From assembly GCA_963737635.1 (NCBI GenBank), contig CAVTTL010000001.1:1-64000 (forward strand): DNA of 64,000 bases. Reading direction: 5' to 3'. Numbering within the stretch: the stretch's first letter is position 1; the number at the start of each line of letters is the position of its first letter. The notes under the pieces are model-generated. The model was not told the origin of the DNA. It saw nothing but the letters and a program-made list of their open reading frames with translations, and searched no databases. The position numbers and the translations under genes were made by a program. Source of the stretch: an uncultured Methanoregulaceae archaeon (GTDB lineage Archaea > Halobacteriota > Methanomicrobia > Methanomicrobiales > Methanospirillaceae). Shown piece after piece: positions 45,102-55,276 of the stretch.

Positions 45102-47212
45102 TCATATTAACTGGATAATGCCCTGTTTTGGCTCCATTGCCTCGCCATGCCGCAGGAGCATCTCAATACCTTCCCGTACCTTATCGGTAGCAAATCCCCG
45201 CGCAGAAACCGCTTCGATCACCTGCTCGACAGCAGCGCGCCTACCCTCACCGCCAATTTCCCGGATCGCATCCTTGATGACCCGGACTATGTCGCGTTTT
45301 TCCTTCGATATACCGGTCGCCACCTTGTCAATATCAAAGGTGCCGGTCTTTGCGTCGTACGCGATCTGGCGCAGGCAGGCATCGACGATATGGATCACGC
45401 GCTCTGCGTCCCCGGCTTCGATCGTATTCGACAGCCGGATCCGGGCGCTCGCCTCTGCAAGCCTGACCAGTGCCTCGAGCTGCCGGGCAGTCACTGGCAC
45501 TGCCTTATTCGGCTCAGCGATCCCCCTGAGTCTAAGATAGTAACCGACCAGGGCCTCTTTTGCCTCCGCTGAGAGGATAGGAAAACAGGTGCGTTTGGAG
45601 TACGCAACGTACTTCCGGAAGAGTGCAGGTTCGATGTCCGGCATCACCGGCTTGAGCTGCTGGTCGATAAACTCCTGCGTGATTCCGGGAATAGGTGTCT
45701 TCCGGTGCTGGGCAATAAGCTCCCCAATCCCATGCGCCTTGAGAATATGCTCGGCGATCGCGAGATCCCGTTTCTGCTCCGGCTGGTCGGTCATGATGAA
45801 AATCAGGTCAAAGCGCGAGAGAAGCGAAGGAGGCATGTTGATCTGATCGGCAATGTCGCCGTACATGTCGAAGCGCCCGTACTTCGGGTTTGCCGCCCCG
45901 AGAAGGGCGCACCGGGACTTGAGCGTTGCGGTAATCCCGGCCTTTGCGACGCTGATGGACTGTTGTTCCATCGCCTCGTGCAGGGCAGACCGGTCCTCCT
46001 TTTGCATCTTATCCATCTCATCGACCGCGGCAATGCCCATGTCCGCGAGTACAAGAGCCCCCGCTTCCAGCGTCCAGCGCCCTTCCCCAAATTCGTCCTT
46101 GACAGCAGTAGCGGTAAGGCCGGCTGACGTTGATGACTGACCACTCGTATAGATCGCGCGCGGGGAGCACTTTACGATATAGCGCAGCAGCTGGCTTTTT
46201 GCAATACCCGGGTCCCCGATCAAAAGGACATGGATGTCGCCCCGCAGGTGGCTCCCGTCCGGCATCTCTTTTGCGATGCCGCCGAAAAGCTGGAGAGTGA
46301 TCGCTTCCTTGACATCCTCATTGCCGTAAATAGTCGGGGCAATCGAATGGGTGACCATCCGGTAGATCATCGGGTCGGCGGAGAGTTTTTTAATCTCGTC
46401 TTCTGCCTTCTCGTCGATCTCAACCTCTTCGAACTCTTTTTCGGCGATCTCGATCGAGTTGCATTCAAGGAAGATGTCAAAGACGGTACTCTTCTCTCCC
46501 TTCACGATCCGCTGCATGGAACGGAGGATACCGTTGATAATCACGCGGTCTCCCGGTGCGACCATACCGGAGAGATCATCGGTCACATCGATGTCAAGGG
46601 TCTGCGGCTGTTCGCCGCCCCGCAGCCCCTCAGGAGATTCCTGCACCCTGAGTTTCTGGGAATCGACAAATGTGGAGCGTTTGGGGATCATCTCCAGTTT
46701 CTTGAACGTACAGCCGTCGGTTGCGCACCCTTCCGGCTCGATAAACTTGCCGTACTTCTGCGTTTTCTTGGTAAAGTGGCCGCCGGGCACCTGAAAACCG
46801 CTTCCACGATCCGGGGACGCACTTCGGTAGTCTTCCGGAGAATACCCTCGACCGAGAGAAACCGGTTTATATCGTCAGACCTGATCTCGCGGATAGCGGT
46901 CTTCTGAGGGAGGTTGGTAAAACGGATATTGACGCCTTTTGGCTCTTTGCCATCCTTGGTCCGGATCAGCTGGTTGTTTTTGATTGCGTCCCAGACATCC
47001 TCGAGCACCTTTCCGGGGTTCTCTAAGAGTTCATCGGCGAGCGTGATGCCCACCTTACCGAACCGTTCGATCTGCCGGTAATCAATCAAAAGTGAGCGCT
47101 TGTGCGGGTAGAGACGTGAGATCTCGCCAAGCTCTTTCTTGTACCGGCTTTTAAGGAACTTTCCCCAGTCGTCGGCCCGGTCTCCCTGGTGCAGTTCGGG
47201 TGCTTTTTCCAT
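45102..47212 (-). CDS. mcm: MCM replicative helicase (frameshift near 46780)
   Basis: N-domain and Zn finger, IGDPGIAKSQ, AGLTA, AVDEMDKM, LSRFD, TARQLE, winged helix; two ORFs joined by one base. Confidence 0.95.
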
Positions 47213-47220
47213 GGTTCCTC

Positions 47221-48189
47221 TCACCGGTTCTTCGTGCTCGCCAGAACGAACCGCGCAATCAGCGCCTCCATCTGGATGTCGCTGCTTGCCCCTTCCGAGA
47301 GCCGGAAATCGGTCTCCCCAAGGGCATCGATCAGTTCCACTTTAAGTGTCCGGTCCATCACGCGTTTTATGAGGGCACGGTAACACTGGTTGATCAGTTC
47401 GTTCGGCGAGATCCCCCGCTCACGCAGCAGGTGCGTAAGGAGAGATTCAGCCCCATCAAAATCACATTCCAGCGCTCGTTTCAGGAGATCCTCGATCTCG
47501 TCCGGCCGGGCATTGGAGGTGATTGCATAAACCCTAGAAGATTCGATCGTCGTACTAATGATTGCGGCACCCTGCAGGGCATTGATAGCTTTCCTCATAT
47601 CGCCCTGCGCGATGTAGACTATCGCATCCATTGCATCGGGTGTCACCATCAGGTGTTCCTTTGCCGCGATCTTCGCGATCTCCTCTTTTATTGCGTCAGG
47701 TGCGAGCGGCCGGAACCGGTAGATCGCACACCGGCTCTGGATGGGGTCGATGATCTTCGACGAGTAATTACAAGAGAGGATAAACCGGCAGGTTCTTGCG
47801 TAGCTTTCCATAGTCCTGCGCAGCGCAGCCTGGGCGTCAGTCGTAAGCGCATCGGCCTCGTCCAGGAACAGGATCTTGAATGCCGCGTCCTCGGCAGGCC
47901 GGGTCCGGGCAAACTCCTTGATCTGGTTGCGCACCACATCGATACCCCGTTCATCGGACGCATTGAGTTCGCGGAAATTCATCTGCCACGAAGAACCGAA
48001 AAACTCCCGGGCAAGAGTACCCGCGGCAGTCGTTTTCCCTACCCCTGCGCTCCCGGTAAAAAGGAGATGGGGAAGGTTTCCCGATTTTACATAGGATGAG
48101 AGCCGTTCGACAATATCGTCCTGCCCGACAATATCGGCGAGTCTTGCCGGCCGGTATTTTTCTATCCAGATGGTGTGGGTCTCATCCAT
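47221..48189 (-). CDS. rfcS: Replication factor C small subunit
   Basis: [40 protein letters not shown]. Confidence 0.96.
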   Translation of the reverse strand: MDETHTIWIEKYRPARLADIVGQDDIVERLSSYVKSGNLPHLLFTGSAGVGKTTAAGTLAREFFGSSWQMNFRELNASDERGIDVVRNQIKEFARTRPAEDAAFKILFLDEADALTTDAQAALRRTMESYARTCRFILSCNYSSKIIDPIQSRCAIYRFRPLAPDAIKEEIAKIAAKEHLMVTPDAMDAIVYIAQGDMRKAINALQGAAIISTTIESSRVYAITSNARPDEIEDLLKRALECDFDGAESLLTHLLRERGISPNELINQCYRALIKRVMDRTLKVELIDALGETDFRLSEGASSDIQMEALIARFVLASTKNR

Positions 48190-48346
48190 GCGCATCAACC
48201 TGTGTTTAGATTGTCTTTTGGGTATGTTTGATTTTCCTGCCAAAAAATCCGGGCTGCCGGGTTGTATTCCCCAGCTCCAAAAAGATCCGGTAAGCAATCA
48301 CTAAAATGTCATAATCTTTATCATAAGCGTTTTGAAATTACTTTCC

Positions 48347-49360
48347 ATGCTACCAAACCGAATTTCCCTTGTTTTTCTCCTGCTTGTATTTCTTATCATG
48401 GGTCCTGTCCACGCAAGCCTGGCAAAGGTCGCTCCCAATGCACCGATATTTATTGGTGAACAAAATATCGACATCTCGGCGTGCCTGAACGGGCATACGG
48501 TAATCGCATGGTGGCCGGCAGGCGCGGATCTGAGCACTAATCCATCCCAAACCATAACGATCTCCGGAAGTCCCACCTCGTTTTATGTCGATCCTGCCCT
48601 TTTTACCGGCTATACCGGCACCTGGTATTCCCACGATGCAAAACCGGACATTCCGGTCTTTGTCGTGTACCAGCCTCAGTTCAACCTCTCGATCTGGGAT
48701 GTAGACACGAATACGGATATCACCGGCCAATCGGTCCCGATGTCCACGAATATCACCTACCGGATCGATACAAACCTGTACATGGCGTTCAACTATACGT
48801 TACGCCCGAATGCCAATCCTACAGACACCTTCTACACGGTTACTCTTACCTCACCATTAGGTGCAAGTATCACACAGATCCTGACCGGAAATATCGGGAA
48901 CTCAAAAACCCAGTTCCTCCCGTTTGACGGCAATCCGACGATCACATCCTCACCGTACTTTTGGAAAAACGGGCAGGCATGGGACCATACTGCCATAGGC
49001 GCTGACGGTAACAGCATCTATCCGGCAGGCACCTATACGTTCGTCGCTTCGCAGAACCTTAACGGCATGAGTGGCAGTTATAGTGGTGCTGCCGCTGTCG
49101 GTAACGTGACCAGCGGGAACAGAACGATCACCTTTGTCGGCGCTGCCTACCCCACGCAAACAACGGTCGTGCCGAGTCTGACGGCGCCAACAATGACGAC
49201 AACAGAGGTCAAAACGGTGCAGACACCTGCTCAGGCAACCGTGCAACAAACGGCAACGGTCATACCTAAAAAGACGACCTATTCCCCGCTGCCTGAAGGA
49301 ATTGCGGTCATGAGCGTCGGCATTGCGGCGTTGATTCTTGCAACGAGACGGAAGTATTAA
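48347..49360 (+). CDS. DUF3821-like secreted surface (glyco)protein
   Basis: Signal peptide, IFIGEQNIDIS, FYVDPALF...GTWY, Thr-rich linker, YSPL-TM-RRK C-terminus. Confidence 0.78.
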   Translation: MLPNRISLVFLLLVFLIMGPVHASLAKVAPNAPIFIGEQNIDISACLNGHTVIAWWPAGADLSTNPSQTITISGSPTSFYVDPALFTGYTGTWYSHDAKPDIPVFVVYQPQFNLSIWDVDTNTDITGQSVPMSTNITYRIDTNLYMAFNYTLRPNANPTDTFYTVTLTSPLGASITQILTGNIGNSKTQFLPFDGNPTITSSPYFWKNGQAWDHTAIGADGNSIYPAGTYTFVASQNLNGMSGSYSGAAAVGNVTSGNRTITFVGAAYPTQTTVVPSLTAPTMTTTEVKTVQTPAQATVQQTATVIPKKTTYSPLPEGIAVMSVGIAALILATRRKY

Positions 49361-49386
49361 TCTTCAAAATCTCCTCTTTTTAACAG

Positions 49387-49919
49387 ATGAGTAAGAACAA
49401 AACCAAAAGCCGGAAACCTGACCGGAGAAAAAGAGGATCTCACGAAAAATCGTTATTGCGATCTGTGCCGTGCTTCTTGTCTGCATTGTTGCAACTGCGG
49501 GTTTCCTTCTTATAAGACAGGGCCCTCTTTCCCCGGCACCAGCGGGTAATGCCACGAACCCTGTTAACACCGCGGGAGAATATTATTGCATGAGCGTTGA
49601 CCTCGCATACGCCGGGAATTATAGTGAAGCACTTCGGGACGCCGATTTTGCCCTCGCACAAAATGTGAGTTCGCTGACTCCCATCATCCAGTCGAATCGT
49701 GCAGGAATCCTTGTGGAACTTGGCCGCTACAATGATGCGATAGACGCAGCGGATGTAGCTATTAACGCCAACGGGAACCTGACAACCCTGAAAACTATTG
49801 CATGGTACTGGAAGGCACGCGCACTTCAGGAACTAAACATGACGTCAGAGGCAACAGCCGCTTTTGCCAATGCATCGGCCCTCGATCCGATCCACAAGAT
49901 TATTCCCGACCATTTATAG
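49387..49919 (+). CDS. Membrane-anchored TPR protein (probable frameshift near 49420)
   Basis: TM helix then TPR-like repeats (NRAGILVELGRYNDAI, AWYWKARALQEL...ALDP). ATG 49387 is one base out of frame with ORF 49470..49919. Confidence 0.7.
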
Positions 49920-49946
49920 TGAATGGGGCCAACGACATGGCACATA

Positions 49947-49992
49947 CATCCGGAGATATGTCTCCGGGTGATCCATCGCCTGTCCTTTTTTC
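49947..49992 (+). terminator. Hairpin followed by a T-tract after the TPR gene
   Basis: CATCCGGAGA-TATG-TCTCCGGGTG (49947-49970), with a T7 run about 15 nt downstream. Confidence 0.45.
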
Positions 49993-50157
49993 CCTGATTC
50001 TGCCGGCTTTCATAAAAACATCAGATAATGAACGAGTGCTGTACCATTGTTGAGAATCCCTCTATCGCGTGCGGCACCGGCCCTGTTTGTCCATCTTCGG
50101 CCGTTTATCAACGCCTATACCTTGAATACCTCTCTTTTGTAAGTACTACTCACAACC

Positions 50158-50931
50158 ATGGAAGGTGCAGCCCGCGTTTTTGCCGGAGATTTTGCCGGCT
50201 CGACCCTTACCGAGCCCGATGAAAACTCAGGAAGTACGGCATGGGTAGTGACCCCGGGCGGGACATGGTGCCGATCGGTCTACCTGTGCGGGGTACTTAC
50301 CGAAGTTAACGAGATCGCAGATGTCCTATACTGTCGGCTCGCCGATCCAACCGGTGCATTCGACCTTGTCGCAGGGACCAAGCGGGGACCGGTCGCGGAA
50401 CAGATCCGTGGCCTCCCGGTCCCGTCCTTTGTAGCCGTTACGGGTACAGCCCGGCTGGACCGGAAGAACGGGGGCTGGGCGATGTGGGTCAGGCCTGAAT
50501 ATATCCAGGAAATCGACAAGGCAAGCCGCGACCGGTGGATCATTTCGACTGCGGATATGACCATTGCCCGGCTTGAACTGCTCCTTGCAGCCCTTGAAGG
50601 ACAATCAGACGATGAACGGGCACACCGCGTTGTCCGACACTACGGTCTTACCCGGGCAGGGATCCGATCTATGGTCGCGATGATCGAGGGTGCGCTTGCC
50701 GGCGTCCGTACTATTCCGGAAGCACCGCCGGTTGCTGAAACCGATATAAGCGGAACGATCATGGAGATTATCAGCACAAAAAGCGGCCCCCGGGGTGTGG
50801 CCGTACAGGACGTTATCGATGAAGCGGCTTGCCGAGGGTATACCCAGGCAGCAGTTCTCACCGCTATCGAAACCCTCATCACCAACGACGATTGTTACCA
50901 ACCCCAGAAAGGATATGTAAAACCGTTATGA
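50158..50931 (+). CDS. RPA-associated / RPA2-like OB-fold + winged-helix protein
   Basis: VVTPGG..VYLCGVLTE, RLADPTGAF, FVAVTG, VRPE (OB fold); C-terminal WH ending CYQPQKG. Confidence 0.78.
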   Translation: MEGAARVFAGDFAGSTLTEPDENSGSTAWVVTPGGTWCRSVYLCGVLTEVNEIADVLYCRLADPTGAFDLVAGTKRGPVAEQIRGLPVPSFVAVTGTARLDRKNGGWAMWVRPEYIQEIDKASRDRWIISTADMTIARLELLLAALEGQSDDERAHRVVRHYGLTRAGIRSMVAMIEGALAGVRTIPEAPPVAETDISGTIMEIISTKSGPRGVAVQDVIDEAACRGYTQAAVLTAIETLITNDDCYQPQKGYVKPL

Positions 50932-51713
50932 GAATGGAGTTTATCAGGGACGGCCCGGCGCTTATAATAGAGAACACCGAGCGGCTGCTCATCGTTGCCG
51001 ATCTCCATTTCGGGATTGAAGCCGATCTGGCTGCACACGGTATGCATTTCCGGAGCCACAGCACCCAACGGCTCGCCCGGCTTATGCAGACCCTGGAGGC
51101 AACAAAGCCGGACCGGCTTGTCCTCCTTGGTGACGTCAAACACAGCATCCCTTCGCTCACCAGGCAGGAATGGGCGGAGATCCCAGGAATCCTCGATACC
51201 ATCCGGCACCGGATCCCGATCCTTGTCTTCCCGGGAAACCACGATATCGGTATCGAGCGGTTTCTTCTCAAAGGCGAGCTCCAGCCAAAAGAGGGGGCGG
51301 TCATTGACGGCGTTGCGTATTTCCACGGCCATACCTACCCTGCCCCGGAGCTTGGCGGCCATCTCCTCGTCACCGGTCATCACCACCCGCAGGTCAGCCT
51401 GCACGATCAGGTAGGGTGCTCTCTCCAGGCTCCGGCATATTTGCGGGCGACCATTGACGCAGCGGCGCTCGGCCTCAAAACACCGGAAGAAAACAGTACT
51501 CCCCGGGCCCTGTTCGTGCCCGCGTTCAACGAGATTGCCGGCTACGATATCGTCCGGATCGCCCGCGATCCTTTCTCGCCCATCTCCCGGTGCATGAAGA
51601 TGGAGGATGCCGAGGTCATCCTTGCCGATGGTTCATACATAGGGCCGCTTTCATTGCTGCTCGAAGACGATAATACGGACGAGAGACCGGGGAAGGGTCG
51701 CCATGGTGCTTGA
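50928..51713 (+). CDS. Calcineurin-like metallophosphoesterase
   Basis: ADLH, LGDVKH, GNHD, HGH, GHHHP, PAFN. Confidence 0.92.
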   Translation: MRMEFIRDGPALIIENTERLLIVADLHFGIEADLAAHGMHFRSHSTQRLARLMQTLEATKPDRLVLLGDVKHSIPSLTRQEWAEIPGILDTIRHRIPILVFPGNHDIGIERFLLKGELQPKEGAVIDGVAYFHGHTYPAPELGGHLLVTGHHHPQVSLHDQVGCSLQAPAYLRATIDAAALGLKTPEENSTPRALFVPAFNEIAGYDIVRIARDPFSPISRCMKMEDAEVILADGSYIGPLSLLLEDDNTDERPGKGRHGA

Positions 51714-54396
51714 GCTCCTTCACGAACAGGTCCGCGATGGCATCGGGAAGCGAGGATTCTCACAGCTCTCCCCGGCACAGGAGCAGGCAATCCCCCTTAT
51801 CCTCGAAGAGAAAAACCTCGTCCTGATCGCACCAACCGGCACCGGCAAGACCGAGAGCGCAATGTTCCCGGTCTTTGACGCGCTCCTGAAGATGCCGCCG
51901 GGCGGGGGGTTCAAGGCACTGTACGTGACCCCCCTGCGCTCCCTTAACCGGGACATCCTCGCCCGGATGGAGTGGTGGTGTCGCGAGCTCGGCCTCACCG
52001 TTGGTGTCCGCCACGGGGACACCCCGCTCAACGAACGCCGGAAACAGGCGCTCTCCCCGCCCGATCTTCTCATCACCACCCCGGAGACGCTCCAGGCGAT
52101 CTTTATGGGGAAAAGGCTCCGCCAGCATCTCAAACACGTGCGATTTGTGATCATTGACGAAATCCACGAGATGGCCGCAAGCAAGCGGGGCGCACAGCTG
52201 GCAGTGGCGCTCGAACGCATTGTAGAATACGCCGGCGAATTCCAGCGCATCGGGCTTTCGGCGACCGTCGGCAACCCGGAGACCATCGCCCGGTTCCTCT
52301 GTGGTACACGTTCCTGCGAGATCGTGCAGGTTCCGGTGGCAAAACAACTGGATATTTCCGTCAGTTTCGTCGGCGATGATTTCAAATACCAGGTACAGGC
52401 ACTCGAACGGGCGCTCGATCGGGAAGGTTCAACGCTGGTCTTTGTCAACACCCGGGTGACTGCGGAAGCGCTCGGCCATGCCCTGTTCTCCCGGGGGGAC
52501 GTTGAAGTCCATCATGGTTCACTCTCCAAAGAAATCCGGATCGACGCTGAGGAGAGGTTCAAGAAAGGCGAGATCCGCACGCTCATCTGCACGTCGTCCA
52601 TGGAACTCGGCATCGACATCGGCAGGGTCGACCACGTGATCCAGTTCGGTTCACCCCGCGAGGTGGCTCGGTTGGTGCAGCGTGTAGGACGGGCCGGTCA
52701 TCAGCTCAACACCATCTCGCGCGGCACGATCCTTGCCACCGGTTTTGACGATCTGTTGGAGTCGCTCGTGATCACCCGGCGGGCGCAGGCAAACGAGATC
52801 GAGCCGGTGGTGCCGGAAGCCCAGGCAGCAGATGTGCTGGCAAACCAGGTCGCGGCGATGGCCGTAGAGTACGGCGAGATCGAACGCTCCCGGATCCGGA
52901 CGATTACCGGGCGCACATCCCTTTTTGCCAGCGCTGACCAGCTCCTCGACGACGTCTGTTCCCAACTCGAAGAGCACCGGCTTATCCGGATCGACGGTAC
53001 CCGGATCGTCACCACTTCACGCGCCCGGCGCTACCTCTCCAGCAACCTCTCGATGATCCATGATGAACGCAAGATCCCGGTCTACGATATGGTCTCGCGC
53101 CGGACCGTGGGAACGCTGGATGAATCGTTTGTCGTAGGCTGGGTGCATACCGGGGCGGTCTTCATCACCAAGGGCCAGCTCTGGCGGGTCCTGGACCTAA
53201 ACGAGGGGCGGCTCACGGTCGAACCGGCGAAAAAAGCGATCGGTGAGCTCCCCTCGTGGGAGGGCGAACAGATACCAGTCCCGTTTGCCGTCGCCCGGGA
53301 AGCTGGTGCGATCCGGCGCGAACGCACTACCGGGCAGTACACCAAAGAAAAAGAGAGCATTGCGTTTGTTTCCCATGTCCTCTCCGAGATGGAGAAGAAC
53401 CGGTGCAGGATCCCGACAGACCGGCTCATCACGTTTGAGAATATCGACGATGGCGTGGTCTGCAATGTCTGCGCAGGCCACAAGGCTAACGAGGCGCTGG
53501 GCCGGGTGCTCTCGATTTTAATCTCGGCACGGTACGGGACAACCGTCGGGATCGAACTGGACGCATACCGGATCCTGCTGCGCCTGCCTTCCGCGGTCCG
53601 GGCCGCTGACGTCCGCGACTTCCTTTTATCCCTTGAACCCGCCCACATGCCCGGTATCCTCCGGCTCGCTCTCAAGCGCACGGCGCTCTTCAAGTGGAAA
53701 CTGGTCCAGATCGCAAAAAAGTTTGGCGCGATTGACCCGGACGCTGATTACGAGAAGATCAGCATCCAGCGGCTGCTCGACTATTTCGATAATACCGTCG
53801 TCCAGCAAGAGGCATACCGCGAACTGCTTTCCGGGTATATGGATGTGGATGCCGCAGCACAGATCATAAGCCTCATCAAGACCGGCGAGATTGAAGTCGC
53901 CATCGGCCCTCACTCAATCATCGGCGCAGATGGCATCCTTTCTTCCCGGGATATGATCCCCCCGCCGACTGCAGACCAGGCCGTGCTTGCCACTCTGAAA
54001 CGGCGGCTCGAGCAGGACGAAGTCATCCTTGCCTGCATGAACTGCCGGAGCTGGAAGAGCAAAACGGTTGTTTCCCGGGTGCCAGACGTCCCCCAGTGCC
54101 CCAAGTGCGGCGCCCGGCTGATCGCTGCCCTCAAACCGTACGAGGGGGATGCCTACGATATCGTCTCCAAGAAGAAAAAAACCGAGGAGGAAAAGGCCAT
54201 CGAACAACGCTTGTTTCGGAACGCGAACATCGTGCTTTCGAGCGGGAAAAAAGCAGTGATCGCGCTCTCGGCCCGGGGGGTAGGACCGGAGCATGCATCC
54301 CGAATCCTTGCCACCCTTGCAGACGGCGATGCCTTTTACCGCGAGATCCTGAAAGCAGAGCGGACGTTCATCCAGACGCACCGGTACTGGGCATAA
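51703..54396 (+). CDS. lhr: Lhr-family SF2 helicase with C-terminal Cys4 Zn ribbon
   Basis: APTGTGKT, TPLRSLNRD, TTPETL, DEIH, SAT, HHGSLS, TSSMELGIDIG, QRVGRAGH, LPSWEGE; CMNC...CPKC. Confidence 0.92.
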   Translation: MVLELLHEQVRDGIGKRGFSQLSPAQEQAIPLILEEKNLVLIAPTGTGKTESAMFPVFDALLKMPPGGGFKALYVTPLRSLNRDILARMEWWCRELGLTVGVRHGDTPLNERRKQALSPPDLLITTPETLQAIFMGKRLRQHLKHVRFVIIDEIHEMAASKRGAQLAVALERIVEYAGEFQRIGLSATVGNPETIARFLCGTRSCEIVQVPVAKQLDISVSFVGDDFKYQVQALERALDREGSTLVFVNTRVTAEALGHALFSRGDVEVHHGSLSKEIRIDAEERFKKGEIRTLICTSSMELGIDIGRVDHVIQFGSPREVARLVQRVGRAGHQLNTISRGTILATGFDDLLESLVITRRAQANEIEPVVPEAQAADVLANQVAAMAVEYGEIERSRIRTITGRTSLFASADQLLDDVCSQLEEHRLIRIDGTRIVTTSRARRYLSSNLSMIHDERKIPVYDMVSRRTVGTLDESFVVGWVHTGAVFITKGQLWRVLDLNEGRLTVEPAKKAIGELPSWEGEQIPVPFAVAREAGAIRRERTTGQYTKEKESIAFVSHVLSEMEKNRCRIPTDRLITFENIDDGVVCNVCAGHKANEALGRVLSILISARYGTTVGIELDAYRILLRLPSAVRAADVRDFLLSLEPAHMPGILRLALKRTALFKWKLVQIAKKFGAIDPDADYEKISIQRLLDYFDNTVVQQEAYRELLSGYMDVDAAAQIISLIKTGEIEVAIGPHSIIGADGILSSRDMIPPPTADQAVLATLKRRLEQDEVILACMNCRSWKSKTVVSRVPDVPQCPKCGARLIAALKPYEGDAYDIVSKKKKTEEEKAIEQRLFRNANIVLSSGKKAVIALSARGVGPEHASRILATLADGDAFYREILKAERTFIQTHRYWA

Positions 54397-54525
54397 GGTT
54401 TCCCGGACGGTGCTACCCCAATACGTTTTACCCGATAGTACTTCGTGAAAGGTCCACCGGGATAATCAGTGCAAAGGAAATTCGTAAAAAAAGAGATTCG
54501 TGGTGCAGGTACGCCGGCACCCGTA

Positions 54526-55080
54526 TTACATAATGCTTTCGAGTTTCTGTTCGAGGAAATCGAGGCCTTTCTTGATATCGTCGAGGTTCTTGCCACCGGT
54601 CAGGATAATCTTTCCCGAAGAGAAGAGGAGTGCGACAATTTTCGGGTCCTTGATCCGGTATACGAGGCCCGGGAACTGCTCTGGTTCATACTCGATGTTT
54701 TCGAGATTGAGAGTCACAACGACCTTGTTGAGGTTGATATATTTGCCAATGTCGTAGGAGCAGACGATATTGGTGATCGAAACCCGGGGCTTATCCAGCG
54801 TTTTCACCCCCGCCTGCTTCAGGGACTTGATGATGATGGCAAGCCCGTCTTTTAACGCCTTGTCGTCCCGGATACCGGTGAGCACAACTTTACCCGAGGA
54901 GAAGATCAGGGATGCGATCTTGGGATTCTCGATACGGTATACGGCACCGGGGAACCTCTTGGTATTGAGCTCGCAGCTCTTGATCTTGCTTGAAACCTCG
55001 TTGAGATCAATGGACTCGGCGATGACTCCTGAAGCCACGACATTCTCAATTTTTAATGAATCATACCGTTTGTCAGCCAT
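54526..55080 (-). CDS. tbp: TATA-box-binding protein
   Basis: Two direct repeats: IENVVAS...FPGAVYR..IFSSGKVVLTG and ITNIVCS...YEPEQFPGLVYR..LFSSGKIILTG. Confidence 0.98.
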   Translation of the reverse strand: MADKRYDSLKIENVVASGVIAESIDLNEVSSKIKSCELNTKRFPGAVYRIENPKIASLIFSSGKVVLTGIRDDKALKDGLAIIIKSLKQAGVKTLDKPRVSITNIVCSYDIGKYINLNKVVVTLNLENIEYEPEQFPGLVYRIKDPKIVALLFSSGKIILTGGKNLDDIKKGLDFLEQKLESIM

Positions 55081-55276
55081 CCTGTATACTATGAAGTGTG
55101 TCGAATCATAATACTAATGGGGAACCTTTATGTCCCCTACCTGTTCTCTGACGGGAGGCCGCAGCGGGAGCGAACGCCTGCACAAAAACTGCCCGGGACC
55201 GCTCTTCTCAAAAGCTAAAGGACAGCATTGAAATGGAAATACCATGAATATTTTCAATCATATTCGGGCTGATTCT

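Noticed and set aside
45102-47212. Programmed frameshift or natural split in MCM (also gyrB, nikM, nikO and others)
   Set aside because: No slippery heptamer or stimulatory structure. The many similar one-base breaks are better explained by assembly error.
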